Assembly (NCBI GenBank): GCA_001179505.1
Contig: CDMY01000912.1
Coordinates: forward strand, 1 to 11,199
Reading direction: 5' to 3'
Length of the DNA stretch: 11,199 nucleotides
Source of the DNA: Vitrella brassicaformis CCMP3155
Lineage: Eukaryota > Protista > Chromerida
The number at the start of each line of letters is the position of its first letter. Position 1 is the first letter of the stretch. The translations under genes were made by a program, and so were the position numbers. Below are positions 8,733 to 11,199 of this stretch, piece by piece. Under the pieces are notes generated by a model. The model searched no databases and was not told where the DNA came from. It saw only the letters and a program-made list of their open reading frames with translations.

Positions 8733-10920
8733 TCAGCCCTCGTCGGCCGCACTGCCCTGAGCGGCCTCGTCTTCGTCGCTGAAGGCGTCAGGGCAGTTGG
8801 CCTTGAGCATGTCAAACGTCTCCGCGCACTTGTGGCGCAACACATCAACCGCACGCTGCACTCGCTCATCGACAGACAGAGAACATATGGCATCACACAC
8901 ACACACACACAAAAGCCCGCATTTAAATATGGGTGTAGCGTAGGCCTCGTCTCCCTCCTGGTCGATGTGTGTGTCTGTGTGGTGTGTGTGTTTGCCTGCA
9001 CACCTCGAAGAGCTGGTCTGCGGGGATGCAGCCGGTCGACTCGATGTTGACTGACTCACACACATCACACGCACCCCACAGAGAGAGAGAGAGAGATCAC
9101 CATTAATGCTTGACATTACAGAGTCGGTGGGTGATTCCTTCTTCTCTGTCTGCTCACAGACTCACAGATGAAGTGGTTTTTGATTTTGTTGACTTGGACT
9201 CTGCCGGGGAACCTCTCCATACACACCCGGCAGGTGGTGCACTGACGCACATTCGTCACCACCGACTCAACACCCGTCGCTGCAGGCAGGAAGTGGACAG
9301 CCAGCACACACACACACACACACCCACACACCCACACACACAAATGGCCGATCTGTGAGTACAGCTCTCTCTGTGTGTGTGACCCACGTGTGTCTTCGAT
9401 GTCGAAGCAGTTCATGGGGCAGAGGTCTTTGAGCTCCTGCGCCTCAGCGTCAACCAACGGGCCCTTCGGGAACACTGATTACCCACCATTGACAGACACC
9501 CACACAGGCAGACAGACAGACAAACAAACAAGTGCGTAGTGATGCTCGTGTGTGCGATGGACAGACACCATCTCGCTGACTAACCGAGTTCCGGGAAGAG
9601 TCTGTAGACGGCTGTTGCAACAGGCGACCACTTGGCATGGTCCTTACCCACGCCCTTCTCACAATACGCCTCCAGCTCGATCTCCTGCAGACACACACAC
9701 TCGCACATGGACACACCGAAGGCATCCCTTCTCATCCACCCCACCGTTCCACCCCACCCACTTTGGTGCCCCATGCACCTGCCCAGCGCCGAGTTTGGTG
9801 ATGAGTATGTCGGGGTAGACGGGAGCGGGCGGCGGATACACCTCACCGTCGTATAGCTCCACTGCCTGCTCATCGGTGGCTCCTGCTGCTGACGCTGCTG
9901 ACGCTGCCGCTGCTGCTGCAGGTGTGTGCCTGGATGGTTGTGGCGGTGGGAACTTTTGCCTCTGCAGGTCGCTCAGGGGCTCGTAGACAAAATCACGACT
10001 GTACACTGAAGAAATGACAGACAGACAGACAGACAGACAGGGAGGGAGTGAACAGGGCATTTGTGGATGGATGTCTTTGACAAAAGGGTTGGCTGGGTTC
10101 GGTTGTTTGTGAGTCTGACTGACTGACCGACCTGATCTGACGCCCTGGTCGCACTTGACGTGCAGCTTGAACTTGACCGAATTCTCAGCACTGTGCTCCT
10201 CATTCTCTGACGCACACACAAAGATATATGCCCACCCACATGCATGAAGCCGCACACACCACACCACAAACAGTTAGTTGTTCATGTGCGTGAGTGAGTG
10301 AGCGTCTTTGCACCTCTTCGGTATTCGAAGTGCTGCGGGTCCAGCCTGATGGGAATCAGACCCAGGCGATGAACCAACACCTCATCGCACAACACACCTG
10401 CACACCACCAGCACACCCACAAGCTCAGGCCACGAAAGCATCGCCTCTCGAGATCCCCTCCCTGTGCCGCGTGTGTGTGTCTGAACGCACCTGTGTTTTG
10501 GTAGACTTGTATGGTGTGGAGAGCCATGGTGGGCACCTCGGCAATGAGGATCCGCCTGAATGCGTTGGCCAGGGCCGCGTCGATGCCCCTCATCTCGAAC
10601 CGAACCAGCTCGTCGGTGCGGGTCAGCATCCGCACCTCAAGCTCATCCTTGAAGCCCTCCAGCGAAAAGGCATCGTCATGATGCATCGACGAAAAGGTGC
10701 CTGAACGGGAGGAGAGGAACAAACAGGAGTGCCATGGTTGGACTGGACGGACGGACCATCTTTTTATGCATGGTCTTGCAGTCAGTCATTCTGACGGCCA
10801 GACAGACCTACCGGCGTATTCATAGCTTTCTGTGTATCTGGGTCCCTCCACGCCGCAGATGACCCGCGACTTGTGCTGCTGCAGGTGAGCAGGAAGGGGC
10901 CTCTCCTCATCTTCATCCAT
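8733..10920 (-). CDS. POLR1C: DNA-directed RNA polymerases I and III subunit AC40 (RPAC1/RPC40), 391 aa, 10 exons
   Basis: Exons (minus): 10920-10812, 10700-10491, 10397-10314, 10206-10132, 10005-9779, 9684-9585, 9474-9388, 9279-9166, 9050-9004, 8855-8733; 1176 nt, all GT..AG and in phase. Family motifs: [99 protein letters not shown]. The IDAA/YQNT and FDIED motifs favour AC40 over the Pol II paralog RPB3. Confidence 0.96.
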
Positions 10921-11126
10921 CGATGTCACTCAATTGGGCACACCGCGCCAAGATCAAGCCTGCTAGAGCTTCAGAAACACACGGAAATGGTCAGATCATC
11001 TTCCGGGTCTGCGAGCTTAGCACGCAATCTGAGTCGGAAGGAAGAGGAAACCCCTGCGGCCCTCTGGCGGCGGGCGTCTATCTGTCGCCCCGACTCACTC
11101 ATCGACTCTCAGTCATCTTTGTGTCG
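10921..11126. promoter_or_regulatory. Putative bidirectional promoter between AC40 and the RPP30-like gene
   Basis: 206 bp between divergent ATGs, free of microsatellites. Depends on the RPP30-like call; inferred from orientation only. Confidence 0.45.
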
Positions 11127-11199
11127 ATGTTCCTGGATCTGAATGTGTGTTGGCATGCCGACAAGGCGGCTCATCTGGCGGCGGCGGCCATCTCTTTGG
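11127..11199 (+). CDS. RPP30: 5' end of a probable RNase P/MRP subunit p30 (RPP30/Rpp1-like), truncated by the window
   Basis: MFLDLNVCWHADKAAHLAAAAISL(G). This resembles the Rpp1/RPP30 N-terminal pattern M(F/L)xDLNVxW...helix...LGY recalled from yeast Rpp1. Only 24 codons are visible. Confidence 0.5.
   Translation, partial: MFLDLNVCWHADKAAHLAAAAISL

Noticed and set aside
9840-9850. Consensus-like donor G|gtgagg within AC40 exon 5
   Set aside because: Using it would shift the frame and delete the conserved [12 protein letters not shown] motif.
1-11199. CRISPR arrays, operons or other prokaryotic systems
   Set aside because: The DNA is spliceosomal-intron-rich eukaryotic sequence. All repeats are 2-6 nt microsatellites, with no regularly spaced repeat-spacer units.

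Overview
Eukaryotic, intron-rich genomic DNA, not prokaryotic. GC-rich exons are separated by short introns full of GT/CA/GACA microsatellites; this style suggests the chromerid alveolate Vitrella brassicaformis (inference, not verified). Manual splicing with GT..AG boundaries and phase checks gives, left to right: (1) the 3' end of a probable CRE-like/RLE-type non-LTR retrotransposon ORF (2-223, +); (2) about 2.9 kb of microsatellite mosaic with no convincing CDS; (3) a 13-exon minus-strand gene for an uncharacterised ~559-aa protein (3165-6552); (4) a divergent 4-exon plus-strand gene for a ~182-aa Lys/Arg/Ser/Asp-rich protein (6893-7968); (5) a complete 10-exon minus-strand gene for the RNA polymerase I/III shared subunit AC40 (8733-10920, 391 aa); (6) the start of a divergent gene resembling RNase P/MRP subunit RPP30 (11127 to window end). 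There are two 300-N assembly gaps. I see no CRISPR array, tRNA or rRNA, and no clearly new multi-gene system. The best leads are polarised CA/GT intron ends, the AC40 Fe-S-type Cys motif and Ala-rich insertion, the AC40/RPP30 head-to-head pair, an internal repeat in the orphan protein, and the retroelement 3' junction. Most ORFs in the supplied track are artefacts of repeats, introns or antisense frames.
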